In this document: one piece after another, positions 17,664 to 28,417 of the stretch
How positions within the stretch are numbered: the stretch's first letter is position 1
Layout of the letters: each line of letters starts with the position of its first letter
NCBI GenBank assembly: GCA_041671645.1
Contig: JBAZBD010000001.1
Location: 671,234 to 735,233, forward strand
DNA length: 64,000 bases
Origin: Patescibacteria group bacterium
Lineage (GTDB): Bacteria; Patescibacteriota; UBA1384; XYA2-FULL-43-10; 1-14-0-10-43-13
Reading direction: 5' to 3'
Program-made: the position numbers and the translations under genes
The notes under the pieces: generated by a model
Database searches by the model: none
Seen by the model: the letters and a program-made list of their open reading frames with translations, nothing else
Told to the model about the DNA's origin: nothing

Positions 17664-18164
17664 TTGTTTGGAATTCGTACAAAGGGGGTCATCAATATGA
17701 ACCCTAACAAATTGCTGGAATTAATCCAGACCACAGGCCGCGTCATGGCCGGACATCCTGATCATCTCGGCGATCTGAAAAGTTTTGCTGAGCAACTTTT
17801 CAAGGAGCATACTGAGGCAGAAAACCAGCCGATTTTACTCGCTGGATGGGAAAGAAAGGCTGACGGCTTTGAAGGTGATGATATTTCCGGCGACCGCGAA
17901 ACATTGGGCTTGGGTCTGCTGAGAGCGAAGATGGACGTCTGTTTCGATACTGAAAACCACGTCTACGCAACTTTTCCAAATCAGACTTCTGACACCGTTT
18001 CGACCGTAATCGAAGTCTGGGAATGGGTCTCGGACGGGGGCAAGAAGGCTGTATTCCTGGTCTTTGAAATCAACGAATACAACGGTGTCGTCGGTCTGGA
18101 CAACCGTCCAGGATCTGATACAACATGGCGGGTCGCTGCTATCCGCGTCATCAACCTTATATGA
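17664..18164 (+). CDS. hypothetical protein
   Basis: 166-aa ORF (possibly starting at MNPNKLLEL); GC higher than the window average. Confidence 0.4.
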   Translation: MFGIRTKGVINMNPNKLLELIQTTGRVMAGHPDHLGDLKSFAEQLFKEHTEAENQPILLAGWERKADGFEGDDISGDRETLGLGLLRAKMDVCFDTENHVYATFPNQTSDTVSTVIEVWEWVSDGGKKAVFLVFEINEYNGVVGLDNRPGSDTTWRVAAIRVINLI

Positions 18165-18174
18165 GGAGAACGCC

Positions 18175-18351
18175 ATGTTGAAGAAAACAGTACGCGTCAT
18201 CTTGGCGCTCCTGATCGGCTGGCTGTACCTAAATTACTTTTCAGAGTCATTCGACCAGATTTCGGCGAATTTCGCCGACAACCCACCCAAAATTTCCGAA
18301 GGATTCTTCGATCCTTCATCGATGGAGAACAACAATTTATTCCCGCCTTAA
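18175..18351 (+). CDS. small membrane protein (hypothetical)
   Basis: MLKKTVRVILALLIGWLYLNYF is a TM helix; 58 aa; the stop codon abuts the repeat copy. Confidence 0.35.
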   Translation: MLKKTVRVILALLIGWLYLNYFSESFDQISANFADNPPKISEGFFDPSSMENNNLFPP

Positions 18352-18404
18352 CCAGAGCAAGCCTGCTCTGGTATTTTATTGCCGGCCAAATGTGCCAGAG
18401 TTAA
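18348..18404 (+). repeat. about 58-bp direct repeat, copy 1 (contains a terminator-like hairpin)
   Basis: ttaaccagagcaagcctgctctggtattttattgcc..ccaaatgtgcc; hairpin ccagagca-agcc-tgctctgg followed by tatttta. Confidence 0.7.
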
Positions 18405-18442
18405 ATAAAAGTGGGCGGCTCGCGATGAGCCGCCCTGATAAA

Positions 18443-19186
18443 TTATTTTCCGTCATCGAATTGCATCGAGTCTGGATCCTCTCGTCCCATGCACATGATT
18501 CTATAGATTTTATTTGGAAAATCTTCATTTAGATAGACAGCGTACACCGGAGGATCTTCATCAGTGTATCCATGCCGTGTACGCTCATGGCAATATTCCA
18601 ATATATTTTCCAAGTCCTTATCAGTAGAGTCGCGGAAAGTCGATGCAAGTACTCCATCAGTGCCATAATATCGCACTTTGAGACTGACTCGCCTACTCTC
18701 TCTGTCGAAAGTACTGATCCTTCTGGTCAGAACAGCGGGCACAAACCCGCCAATGTTCCACCACCTTAGAATCCATACTTCGTCTCGATGGACTATCCGG
18801 GACTTTTTTCCGCGGATAAAATACCATAACATCACGCCATCAAGATCTTTGTCTGGCTGTCTTGGTGCTGATTGCGTTACAGCGCGGATGGTACGCCAGC
18901 CCAAGATAGACCACATCAACAAAATTAACGCTACTATCGATGCATCTGCACCGCAGAAAAGACAATATTGCATCAAAATATTATTGATGCAGTAGCCAGC
19001 AGTTGCGGCTGCTCCGCCAGCAATTGCTGAACGGATATCGGTCTTGTACTCTCTTCTCTTGTGAAAGTACCCAGGCCCCAGATCCATCTGACGGCCCCAT
19101 ATCTTCAGAATTGGCAATGCCACCCCGAAGAACACGCAAACTAGGAAACCCAGCCAATTTATGGCTGTTCCAATAATAATCCACAT
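18443..19186 (-). CDS. membrane-anchored hypothetical protein
   Basis: N-terminal TM helices (MWIIIGTAINWLGFLVCVFFGVALPIL) followed by a soluble domain with no recognisable motif. Confidence 0.4.
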   Translation of the reverse strand: MWIIIGTAINWLGFLVCVFFGVALPILKIWGRQMDLGPGYFHKRREYKTDIRSAIAGGAAATAGYCINNILMQYCLFCGADASIVALILLMWSILGWRTIRAVTQSAPRQPDKDLDGVMLWYFIRGKKSRIVHRDEVWILRWWNIGGFVPAVLTRRISTFDRESRRVSLKVRYYGTDGVLASTFRDSTDKDLENILEYCHERTRHGYTDEDPPVYAVYLNEDFPNKIYRIMCMGREDPDSMQFDDGK

Positions 19187-19363
19187 AAGTACCTCCTTCC
19201 TTGCTGATTTGAAAATGGGACAAGATGGTCCGATCAGCAAGTGAGCTTGTGGTAAAAACACCATAACACAAAAATTATGTGATTTAAATCGTGAGATTTG
19301 AGTTTAGATCCCTTGAATAGATAGTGCCTTTATTGTATAAATATGGCAGAGGAGGGTTGAAAA

Positions 19364-19693
19364 ATGACCCTAAAAGTTAAGGTGCCTTTTATGGCACTTG
19401 GTCTGGTAGTATTTTTCCAGATATGGCTTTGGCTCAGTACAATATTGTATATATCGCCAAAGGTTCAAACGCTAATTATTTGCTTGGCTGCAATTGCGAT
19501 CATGCTTCTAGCGCTTAAGATGCATTATCGCGCGGATCAACCGTGGGGACCCTTCATTGACGCTGCGTGTTGGGGATCCATACTTACTGTGCTTTTGGTA
19601 GGGGGAGTGAAAGGCTTCGCTCTGTGGACTCCGTGGATAAAGTTGATTGTCTCTCTGCCACCGTCCGGAAACGGCGCATATGCGTTTTACTAA
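19364..19693 (+). CDS. small membrane protein (hypothetical)
   Basis: Three hydrophobic segments; 109 aa. Confidence 0.35.
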   Translation: MTLKVKVPFMALGLVVFFQIWLWLSTILYISPKVQTLIICLAAIAIMLLALKMHYRADQPWGPFIDAACWGSILTVLLVGGVKGFALWTPWIKLIVSLPPSGNGAYAFY

Positions 19694-19730
19694 ATGCCAA
19701 AATTTCGCACAATTGTGCATTCCTTCACAC

Positions 19731-19790
19731 TTAACCAGAGCAAGCCTGCTCTGGTATTTTATTGCCTACCAAATGTGCCCATGAGTTCTG
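19731..19790 (+). repeat. about 58-bp direct repeat, copy 2
   Basis: cttaaccagagcaagcctgctctggtattttattgcctaccaaatgtgccc, two mismatches versus copy 1. Confidence 0.7.
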
Positions 19791-20199
19791 CTTCGGCCAC
19801 GATATGGCCTTCGGCCGCCGCCATGAAATCGTCACGGCCGGATTGGTTGTCGAGATCGATAGTAGTGTCGAGAGCGTATAGGTGAAAAGTATAATGATGA
19901 ACTCCGCTTGGCGGACATGGGCCCTGGTAGCCCTCTCCTCCAGAGCTATTAATTCCTTCGACTGCTCCTTCTGGCACTCCGCCCTGTTCGAGATCAGTCA
20001 ACTCTGGCGAGATATTCCAGACCAGCCAGTGAGTCCAGACACCGTCAGGCGCATCTGGGTCTTCCATCATCAAAGCCAGACTTTCTGCCTCCTCTGGTAC
20101 ATCGTCAAAGAAAAAATTTGGATTGATATTCAAGCCGTCACAGGTAAATTTCTCAGGAATACCGCCCTCATTTTCGAAATCAATAGATCCAAAATTCAT
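19759..20199 (-). CDS. YbhB/YbcL-family phosphatidylethanolamine-binding protein (PEBP/RKIP-like)
   Basis: DPDAPDGVWTHWLVWNI ... YQGPCPPSGVHHYTFHLYALD is the PEBP signature. Confidence 0.75.
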   Translation of the reverse strand: MNFGSIDFENEGGIPEKFTCDGLNINPNFFFDDVPEEAESLALMMEDPDAPDGVWTHWLVWNISPELTDLEQGGVPEGAVEGINSSGGEGYQGPCPPSGVHHYTFHLYALDTTIDLDNQSGRDDFMAAAEGHIVAEAELMGTFGRQ

Positions 20200-20215
20200 T
20201 TTGCCTCCTCCAATA

Positions 20216-21391
20216 TTATTTTGCTGCCCTTTTGACTGCTTCGCTGACTGACTGAACTACTCCTCGGTCTAGCGGACTCGGGATTATATTCTCTTCGCTT
20301 GGATTCTCGACATAATTAGCCAATGCCATGGCTGCGGCCAGAAGCATTTGGTCGGTAATCCTCTCCGCGTTTGCATCGAGCGCTCCGCGAAATATTCCGG
20401 GGAAAGCCAAGACGTTATTGATCTGATTGGGGAAATCAGATCTTCCTGTTGCCACAACACGAGCGCCAGCACCTTTGGCCACGTTTGGATCAATCTCGGG
20501 CGTTGGGTTGGCCATGGCGAAGACGATCGCGTCCTTGGCCATCGAGGCAACCATTTCCTGATTTAACAAATTTGGTGCCGAGACTCCGATGAAGACATCT
20601 GCATTTCGGATTACTTCTTCGAGTCTGCCTGGCGTCTGATTGTCTGTGATTTTTGCTAGTTCTAATTTTTCTGGAGATAAGCCTGGCCGATCGAGATTAA
20701 TGGAACCTTGTCGATCCACAACAATAATTTGTGCTCTGCTCTCCGAATAATCAAGTAATATTTTAGTTATCGCTGTTCCGGCCGCGCCAGCGCCAGAGAT
20801 AACAATTTTGACATTTTGGATGTCTTTGCCCACCACTTTGAGCGCATTGATGAGACCGGCCAACACAACCACGGCTGTGCCATGTTGATCGTCATGCATG
20901 ACTGGGATACCAATATCTTGCAATCTTCGCTCGATTTCAAAACAGCGTGGGGCGGAAATATCTTCCAGATTGATCGCGCCAAAAACTGGTGCGATGTTTT
21001 TCACACTTCGTATGATCTCTTCGGTGTCCTGGGTCGCCAAACAGATCGGGAAGGCATCAAGACCAGCAAATTCAGCCATGAGCAAGGCTTTGCCTTCCAT
21101 CACCGGAATAGCTCCCTCCGGGCCGATATTGCCAAGGCCGAGAACGGCGCTGCCGTCAGAAACGATGGCGACAGAGTTACGCTTGATTGTCAGTGTCTTG
21201 GCTAGAGATTTGTCCTCTGCGATGGCGAGAGAAACTTTGGCAATTCCAGGAGTATAGAAAGTTGAGAGATCGTCTCTAGTTTTGACCTCAACATTTGGGA
21301 TTATTTTCAATACATTTTTCTTTTTTCTGGCGTCTATCGACGCTTGTCCATAATCAATCATATAACTCCAAAATTCTTTAATAGTTCGCAT
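20216..21391 (-). CDS. maeA: NAD(P)-dependent malic enzyme (short form)
   Basis: Malic-enzyme N-terminal domain and NAD-binding GAGAAGTAI; PEGAIPVMEGKALL; about 390 aa with no PTA domain. Confidence 0.8.
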   Translation of the reverse strand: MRTIKEFWSYMIDYGQASIDARKKKNVLKIIPNVEVKTRDDLSTFYTPGIAKVSLAIAEDKSLAKTLTIKRNSVAIVSDGSAVLGLGNIGPEGAIPVMEGKALLMAEFAGLDAFPICLATQDTEEIIRSVKNIAPVFGAINLEDISAPRCFEIERRLQDIGIPVMHDDQHGTAVVVLAGLINALKVVGKDIQNVKIVISGAGAAGTAITKILLDYSESRAQIIVVDRQGSINLDRPGLSPEKLELAKITDNQTPGRLEEVIRNADVFIGVSAPNLLNQEMVASMAKDAIVFAMANPTPEIDPNVAKGAGARVVATGRSDFPNQINNVLAFPGIFRGALDANAERITDQMLLAAAMALANYVENPSEENIIPSPLDRGVVQSVSEAVKRAAK

Positions 21392-21503
21392 CATAAGATT
21401 AGCACAAATTAGGTCAAATGGCATATCCTTGCTCTGCTCGTAATAATCTGATTAATTTCAGATATAATATATATAACTTTACAAAATAAACGGAACGAAT
21501 CGA

Positions 21504-22112
21504 ATGAAAAATATTGAAGTTGAAGTACGCGGCATGCTGCCCAAAGAAAAAGTAGAGCGGCTTAAAACTTTATTCGCCAAAGATGGGAGGCTCAAAGAAT
21601 CCAAAAAACGTTTGCTAATAGATTATTCTTCATTTATTCCGGGCCAAGAGCTCGGAGACAGGGACAGGGATATCCGCCTCCGAACTACCAATGGCCAGCC
21701 CGAAATAATTGTCAAACTTGGCAATTGGGGAGTGGACGAGCGTAGAGAAGAAATCTCTATCAAGACAGAGGAGGGCAGCTTCGAGGAGCTAGTCAAAGCT
21801 TTTGCTGCCATGAACATGAGAAAAGGGATGATGGCTATCAGAGAGAGTGAAGTCTACGATTATAAAGGCATTGAGTTCGCTATCGTGACTGTACCAAACC
21901 ATAGCTACTATTTCGAGGCCGAGAAGATGTCAACCGAGGAAAATTCGAAGCAGGCTTACCAAGAAATTCTGGAAGTTTGCAAAGATTTGGGCCTAGAGCC
22001 GTTTGACCAGAAGGGATTTCTGGACTATATCGATCTTCTCAATAAGGAAGCCAACCAGGTTTTTGATTTTGAAAAGTACACGCCAGGATACTTCGATAAG
22101 TTCTTGATCTAA
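21504..22112 (+). CDS. CYTH-domain protein, paralog 2
   Basis: N-terminal IEVEVRG (ExExR/K-like CYTH start); size and pattern resemble the 988-1506 gene. Confidence 0.5.
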   Translation: MKNIEVEVRGMLPKEKVERLKTLFAKDGRLKESKKRLLIDYSSFIPGQELGDRDRDIRLRTTNGQPEIIVKLGNWGVDERREEISIKTEEGSFEELVKAFAAMNMRKGMMAIRESEVYDYKGIEFAIVTVPNHSYYFEAEKMSTEENSKQAYQEILEVCKDLGLEPFDQKGFLDYIDLLNKEANQVFDFEKYTPGYFDKFLI

Positions 22113-22184
22113 AAATTTTTCGTGCTAATCATCTGCCAAGAACTATTTTTTGGTGGCGGATTGGACGCTATAGCGTGATAACCG

Positions 22185-23396
22185 CTACTTTCGGCCAGTA
22201 GATTCATTCGGCAGATTTATTGTATGACCTAACGCTGAATGCCCGGAAGCGTTGAACTCAATAATAGCTTCTTTAAGCTTCTTGATGCCGGTTATTAATT
22301 CATCATCTTTATAAGTGGCGAAACCAAATCTCAAATATGTCCTGAAATGGTTGCTGTCTCCGGCACATTTAATGCCAGGAACAAATACGATGCCCTTTTT
22401 GTCCTTTGCAAATTGCCTAAATTTGTCATCGGCAATCAGATCTTCTTTTAGATCGGTCCAAATATAGTAACCCCCGGCAGGGGTACGAAAGCTAGACTTG
22501 GGAAAAATATCCCTTAATTCTGTAACAAGTTCTTTTTGCTTTCTCTTTAGAAATTTAACCCAGATTTCGATGATCATATTCATATCTTGATTCTGGATAA
22601 TCCCCTCCATTAATCTCGCCGATATGGGGTTAAAACCGCCTGAACTCTGTACGTATCCACTTTCGGAAATTTTCTCAATAACGGATTTCTCTGCCTCTAT
22701 CCACCCAAGCCTTACTCCTGGACCGAATATTTTTGAAAATGATCCGATGTTAATTATTCTGCCCAAATCCTTTGACAAAATATCGTCATATTCTATTTCT
22801 GCAAAATTGAGATATTTATAGACGTTATCAACTAAGAGCCAGGTGTTCTTGTTTTCTTTGATTATTTCAACCAATTTTCTAGCCCTATCCTTACTCATAC
22901 ACACGCCTGTTGGATTCTGGAAGAAAGGCGTGACATGGATGAATACATTTTCTTCATGAGGAATAGTTCGTAGATGCGACAAAATCATATCCACCGAAAT
23001 ACCCTCCGAGTCCATATCTGCGAAATGCAAACTGAGGTTTAATTCTTTAAATAAGTCTATCATAGGAAAATAGGTCGGTCGCTCCATGATTACTGATGCC
23101 CTGCCTCCAGAAAGCGAGATGATTGATAAGAGAATCCCATGTGTCGCGCCGTTGGTAATAAATAGATTCTCTGGATTCAGAATTCTTCGCTCTTTACCCC
23201 CAATAAAATTTGCGAGTATTCTCTTAAATCTTGGATAGCCTGAAGAGAATCCATATTGTAGAAGATTCGGATCTTTTTCCTTTGATAAATCAAGAGACAT
23301 TTGGTTGATTATTCTCGAAAATGGAAGTACTGAAACACAGGGTAACCCCGCGCTGATATGTATTCTATCGTGTATATCAAACATTTCGTATGACAT
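22185..23396 (-). CDS. PLP-dependent aminotransferase, class I/II
   Basis: SFSKIFGPGVRLGW (Schiff-base Lys in SFSK); about 400 aa. Confidence 0.75.
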   Translation of the reverse strand: MSYEMFDIHDRIHISAGLPCVSVLPFSRIINQMSLDLSKEKDPNLLQYGFSSGYPRFKRILANFIGGKERRILNPENLFITNGATHGILLSIISLSGGRASVIMERPTYFPMIDLFKELNLSLHFADMDSEGISVDMILSHLRTIPHEENVFIHVTPFFQNPTGVCMSKDRARKLVEIIKENKNTWLLVDNVYKYLNFAEIEYDDILSKDLGRIINIGSFSKIFGPGVRLGWIEAEKSVIEKISESGYVQSSGGFNPISARLMEGIIQNQDMNMIIEIWVKFLKRKQKELVTELRDIFPKSSFRTPAGGYYIWTDLKEDLIADDKFRQFAKDKKGIVFVPGIKCAGDSNHFRTYLRFGFATYKDDELITGIKKLKEAIIEFNASGHSALGHTINLPNESTGRK

Positions 23397-23527
23397 GCTG
23401 CTTATTTCATTAATAATCTAGATTTCGGTAATAAGGTTATCTTTTATTTTAATGGTACTTTAACATATTTACTCGACAAATGTGTACATTAAAAAAGGCC
23501 TCCTAGATAGGCGGCCTTGCGATTGAT

Positions 23528-24856
23528 TTATTTTTTGACTTCGATTTCGAGGACGTAGACCCCAAGGGCCTCACGTTCTTCTGAGTAAATCTCTCGAAGT
23601 AGCCAGAGGACCTGATCCCAATTTTTGTCTGGGACAATCTTGGTGTGATCCTCCACATTCAGCATCTCTTCAAAGTCACCGTAGACACGAACGTCTTTCA
23701 CATGGATCACGCTCTGCTCTGTGCTGGAAGCAAGGAGAATGTCCTCGCCCGGTCGGATAGTTTTGATATTATCATACCCAACACGCACTTCGATGGTTTT
23801 CTGGCCAGACGTAATTTGTCTTAAGAGATGGTTCTTTACTCTTATGGTTCTCACTGTATTCCCTCCAACTTTGAAACTCCACTGCTGTGTCACCTTTCGT
23901 GGATGATATGCAGCAGGCATTGCGGCATCCAAGCTCCAACCAAGCTTTTGTAAGACAATCGTCTCTTCTACACCCGGCACGATATGGATATAAAGCTTGT
24001 GTCCATATGCCGAAAGAACGAATGGTAGGTCTCGGAGCAGAGCGATCATTGCGCAGATATTGTTCGCGCACAGAGGCATGACCTTGATCGGTTCTCCCTT
24101 TTTGGGTGTTGCTCCCGCAACGCCCAAAACATTGTTCTCTCGATCAACAGCGACATACACCAATTTGTATTTTGTGTTAATGTCGCCAGTACCACGTCTG
24201 TAGTACCCTTCAAAAAGCGAGCCGACCCAAGAATCATCAATACCGTTAAAACACGACTTTAGATTTTCAAGGATCAACTTGCGTACCTGGTCTTCGTGTC
24301 TCAGCTCCATTGGAATTACCGAGATATTTAACGCTTCCTCGATATCACAGCTTGATGTGTCCGCAATAAGCTTGTAGAGCATCGTCTCAACAATCCCAAT
24401 CTTGTAGTGACTGTCAGACTCACCAGCGATCAGATAACCTTTCCTGAGGAAAAAACCCAGAGCTAAAGTATTCTGTTTTGCAACAGTGCAGTAAATCTGC
24501 CTCGCACCGTTGGATTCGGCATACTCTTCTGCTTTCGCGAGAAGCTGGCTACCATAACCTTTGGTCGAGCGGAAATGTGGCGATACGATCAGCGGACTGA
24601 TTTTGTACGTACCCTGTCTCTTGCCAACCACATGAACCATCCCGACAACTTCGTCGTCGACGCAACCGACAAACATTTTCTGTTCTTTGGAGAAATGTCC
24701 GATAGCATCAACCCCACCGGAAATGTGGGTCTGAAAAATCCGCTCGGCATGCGACGTATGGTCGCCACCGTAGTAAGGTTCGAGTGCTTCTTTCATCAAC
24801 TCGATAACAGTTTTAAGGTCAGCACTTATCGCTTCCCTTATGCAAAGTTCGGCCAT
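23528..24856 (-). CDS. GNAT-GNAT-ASCH fusion protein
   Basis: N-terminal GNAT (RSTKGYGSQLLAKAEEYAESNG), a second GNAT-like middle domain, and a C-terminal ASCH/PUA-like domain (LLRQITSGQKTIEVRV...VIHVKDVRV). Start set at MAELCIRE. Confidence 0.6.
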   Translation of the reverse strand: MAELCIREAISADLKTVIELMKEALEPYYGGDHTSHAERIFQTHISGGVDAIGHFSKEQKMFVGCVDDEVVGMVHVVGKRQGTYKISPLIVSPHFRSTKGYGSQLLAKAEEYAESNGARQIYCTVAKQNTLALGFFLRKGYLIAGESDSHYKIGIVETMLYKLIADTSSCDIEEALNISVIPMELRHEDQVRKLILENLKSCFNGIDDSWVGSLFEGYYRRGTGDINTKYKLVYVAVDRENNVLGVAGATPKKGEPIKVMPLCANNICAMIALLRDLPFVLSAYGHKLYIHIVPGVEETIVLQKLGWSLDAAMPAAYHPRKVTQQWSFKVGGNTVRTIRVKNHLLRQITSGQKTIEVRVGYDNIKTIRPGEDILLASSTEQSVIHVKDVRVYGDFEEMLNVEDHTKIVPDKNWDQVLWLLREIYSEEREALGVYVLEIEVKK

Positions 24857-25000
24857 GTACAGCCTCCTTCGTCTGTCGCTAACCATGCTTTGGTTTGAGC
24901 GACTGGAAACTCCCTTGCGGGGTAACATTCTTATAACATAAGAAACTAATTTAGTCAACAAAAAAATCCTCCCTCTTGCCCTGCTACGGATAGTACATTT

Positions 25001-25336
25001 CTACAATAGTGCGATCTTGATGCCTACTACGCCGAGACTTGACTCCTGTTTCGGAGTGTAGAATTCATATAATTCGGCAAGAAAATTTTGCTTGTCCGAG
25101 CCCCCTACCGCTGCTACTCCAACTTGATCAATTAGTTCGGCGAAAGTCTTACTGTATATTAGTTCAGTTACTTTAACTCTAAAAATATCGTGGCTTTTGA
25201 CATTCTCGAAATCTATAAAATCGCCAGCCTTGATCATCTTACGTTTCTCGTCAAAAAGACGGCACTCTATGCTTTTCTCGCCCGATGCGATTTTTTTGAA
25301 GTATTTTGGTTGCAGGCTCATCTTGTGATCTGGCAT
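25001..25336 (-). CDS. ASCH-domain protein
   Basis: LQPKYFKKIASGEKSIECRLFDEKR matches the ASCH N-terminal motif; 111 aa. Confidence 0.6.
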   Translation of the reverse strand: MPDHKMSLQPKYFKKIASGEKSIECRLFDEKRKMIKAGDFIDFENVKSHDIFRVKVTELIYSKTFAELIDQVGVAAVGGSDKQNFLAELYEFYTPKQESSLGVVGIKIALL

Positions 25337-25356
25337 AATAATTCCATGTTTAGCTG

Positions 25357-28182
25357 CTAATTTAGAAGTTTGGCCAGATATTGGCCGGTGTATGATGCTT
25401 TGACTTTTACGATCTCTTCTGGCGTGCCAGTGGCAACTATCTGACCGCCGCCATCCCCACCTTCGGGACCCAGATCGATGATATGATCGGCTGATTTGAT
25501 AACATCGAGGTTGTGTTCGATCACCAAGACTGTGTTACCTTTGTCGACCAGAGCTTTGAGCACTCCGATCAGCTTGTTGACGTCTTCGAAATGAAGGCCG
25601 GTCGTCGGCTCGTCTAGGATGTAAAAAGTCTTGCCTGTGCCACGGTGAGCCAATTCAGAGGCTAGTTTGATCCTCTGGGCTTCACCGCCGGATAAGGTCG
25701 TAGCTGGTTGGCCCAGTCTGATGTAGCCAAGACCAACTTCAGAGAGGACGCTCAATTTTTGATAGATTTGAGGAATATTTTTGAAAAATTGCGTCGCTTC
25801 GTCTACCGTCATAGCCAAAATATCAGCAATGTTCTTGCCTTTGAAGTGAATATCGAGCGCTTCGGAGTTGTATCTCTTGCCTTTGCACTCTTCACAAGTG
25901 ATATAAACGTCTGGTAGGAAATGCATCTCTATCTTGATCACGCCCTCGCCACGGCATTTCTCGCATCTTCCGCCTTTGACATTAAAGGAGAAGCGGCCAG
26001 CTTTGTAACCGCGAATTTTGGCCTCAGAAGTAGCGGCAAATAGATCACGAATGAGATTGAAGACTCCAGTGTAGGTGGCTGAATTTGACCTTGGGGTCTT
26101 ACCAATCGGAGATTGGTCGATATCGATCACTTTGTTTAGATACTCCAGCCCTTTGATCTCTTTGAATTGGCCTGGCTCTACTTTGGCATGGTGAAAAACT
26201 TTGGACATATGCTTGGCCAAGATATCGTTGATCAGAGTAGATTTACCCGATCCAGAGACGCCAGTGACGCAGGTGAAAGTATTTAGTGGAATCTTAGCAG
26301 AAACATCTTTCAGATTATTCTCGGTCGCACCAATAATTTCAACAAATTCGCCACTGCCTGGTCTGCGAATTTTTGGAATTGTAACCTTCTTCTTACCGGA
26401 GAGATATTGACCAGTGATTGATTCGGGACAGGCCATGATTACTTCAGGGCTTCCTTCAGCTACAATTTTTCCCCCGTGCTCCCCTGCTCCAGGTCCGACA
26501 TCAATGACCCAATCAGCTGATTTGATCGTATCTTCGTCGTGCTCAACCACGATCACAGTATTACCAAGATCACGCAGGTTGTTCAGGGTTGCGAGCAATC
26601 TGTTGTTGTCTCGCTGATGCAAACCAATCGAAGGCTCGTCCAGAATATAGAGGACTCCCATCAACCCTGAGCCGATTTGGGTAGCCAATCGGATACGTTG
26701 AGCTTCGCCACCAGCTAGAGTGGCGGCGCTTCGGTTGATAGTGAGATAGGACAATCCAACATCTTCCAAAAATTGGAGTCTCTGCATGATTTCTTTGGTG
26801 ATCAGATTGGCAATCTGTTTCTCATTTGGTGTGAGTTTGCCATCAATCTCTTTGAAAAAAGCGATTGATTTGCTGATAGTCATATCCGAAAGAGTCGAGA
26901 TATTTGTGCCATATATTTTGACCCCCAAAACCTCACGTCGAAGTCTGGCTCCACCACATATCGGGCATTTCTTGACGATCATATACTTCTCGATCTCGGT
27001 CTTGATATAGTCGGAATCAGTTTCCTTATATCTGCGTTCCATATTTGGTATGACACCTTCATACTTTGTTTCATACCCACCAACATTGAAAATTTCCTCT
27101 CCTGCACCAAACAAAATCAGGTTGAGCGAATCTTTCGAAAGTTTTCCGACAGGTATATTTAAATCGACGCCGTACTTCTCTGCCGCTTTTTCCATAGTGC
27201 GAAAATACCAACCTGGATGACCGATATTACGTGACCATGGTCTGATTGCGCCCTCGCTCAGTGTCAATTTGGGGTTTGGCAATATCAGATGTGGCTCGAT
27301 CTCTGACTTGACGCCCAGGCCCTGACAATGCTTGCAGGCACCGTGAGGTGAGTTAAAAGAGAATGAGCGGGGCTGGATTTCTGGCATCGAAATTCCGCAA
27401 TCAGGGCAGGAGTGTTGCTCAGAAAATGATTGATCTGTTTCTTTTTCGAAATCAAAAATAATAATCTTGCCGTTTGATTCTTTCAGCCCCTTCTCGATCG
27501 AATCATAAAGTCGGCTTTTGGTCGAATCATCAATATTATCAGCTTCCAATATCACGCGGTCGACTACAATTTCTATATTGTGACGTTTGTTCTTGTCAAT
27601 TTCTTTGTTCTCCGCCTCTTCGAGGTCCATGATGGTGCCGTCGATCCGGATACGAGAAAAGCCAGATTTCAAGATTTTGGCGAAGACATCTTTGTGCTCG
27701 CCCTTCTTGTCCTCGACTACTGGCGCCAAGACGGCCAGGCGACGAGTCTGGGTATTTTCTCTGATAATAGTATCGACAATTTGGCCAACGGTTTGCTTGA
27801 CCACTGCTTTGCCACATTTCGGACAGTGGATGATGCCAACTCGTGCGAATAGGAGACGATAATAGTCATATATTTCGGTGATAGTGCCGACAGTAGAGCG
27901 AGGATTGCGAGAAGCGGATTTCTGATCTATCGAGATGGCTGGTGAAAGACCTTCGATACTATCAACGTCTGGCTTTTCCATCATGCCGAGAAACTGTCGT
28001 GCATAAGAAGAGAGCGACTCAACATATTTGCGCTGTCCCTCTGCATAAATCGTGTCGAAAGCAAGGGAGGATTTACCTGAACCGGAAAGGCCGGTAATCA
28101 CGACAAACTTATCTCTCGGAATTTCGAGCGAGACATTTTTCAAATTGTGTTCCCTTGCACCGGTAATTTTTATATTATGCAT
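25357..28182 (-). CDS. uvrA: excinuclease ABC subunit A
   Basis: Two ABC ATPase modules ([29 protein letters not shown] twice), zinc-finger CxxC pairs, 941 aa. Confidence 0.95.
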   Translation of the reverse strand: MHNIKITGAREHNLKNVSLEIPRDKFVVITGLSGSGKSSLAFDTIYAEGQRKYVESLSSYARQFLGMMEKPDVDSIEGLSPAISIDQKSASRNPRSTVGTITEIYDYYRLLFARVGIIHCPKCGKAVVKQTVGQIVDTIIRENTQTRRLAVLAPVVEDKKGEHKDVFAKILKSGFSRIRIDGTIMDLEEAENKEIDKNKRHNIEIVVDRVILEADNIDDSTKSRLYDSIEKGLKESNGKIIIFDFEKETDQSFSEQHSCPDCGISMPEIQPRSFSFNSPHGACKHCQGLGVKSEIEPHLILPNPKLTLSEGAIRPWSRNIGHPGWYFRTMEKAAEKYGVDLNIPVGKLSKDSLNLILFGAGEEIFNVGGYETKYEGVIPNMERRYKETDSDYIKTEIEKYMIVKKCPICGGARLRREVLGVKIYGTNISTLSDMTISKSIAFFKEIDGKLTPNEKQIANLITKEIMQRLQFLEDVGLSYLTINRSAATLAGGEAQRIRLATQIGSGLMGVLYILDEPSIGLHQRDNNRLLATLNNLRDLGNTVIVVEHDEDTIKSADWVIDVGPGAGEHGGKIVAEGSPEVIMACPESITGQYLSGKKKVTIPKIRRPGSGEFVEIIGATENNLKDVSAKIPLNTFTCVTGVSGSGKSTLINDILAKHMSKVFHHAKVEPGQFKEIKGLEYLNKVIDIDQSPIGKTPRSNSATYTGVFNLIRDLFAATSEAKIRGYKAGRFSFNVKGGRCEKCRGEGVIKIEMHFLPDVYITCEECKGKRYNSEALDIHFKGKNIADILAMTVDEATQFFKNIPQIYQKLSVLSEVGLGYIRLGQPATTLSGGEAQRIKLASELAHRGTGKTFYILDEPTTGLHFEDVNKLIGVLKALVDKGNTVLVIEHNLDVIKSADHIIDLGPEGGDGGGQIVATGTPEEIVKVKASYTGQYLAKLLN

Positions 28183-28417
28183 GGAAATAATGGATTACGA
28201 ATTATTCAAATTACGAATGTTTATTCTTATCAATGCTCCGTACTGCTTCGCAGGTGAAAATTGATCCGCAAAATTATACCACTCTCAGTCAAGTATTTCA
28301 ATCGTGGCCTCCTTTCGCCCACCTTGCGGATGAAATTGCTTGCATTTTTTTGCGTTTTATTTATATAGTAAGAAAAGCAATCGATAACAAAAAAATATTT
28401 ATAAATAGGAGCAAGTT

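Noticed and set aside
20284-21257. Several 70-130-aa ORFs on both strands inside the malic enzyme gene
   Set aside because: They are overlapping alternative frames of a well-supported 390-aa gene.
25708-28264. Multiple short plus-strand ORFs inside uvrA
   Set aside because: uvrA is continuous and highly conserved on the minus strand, and these are antisense frames.
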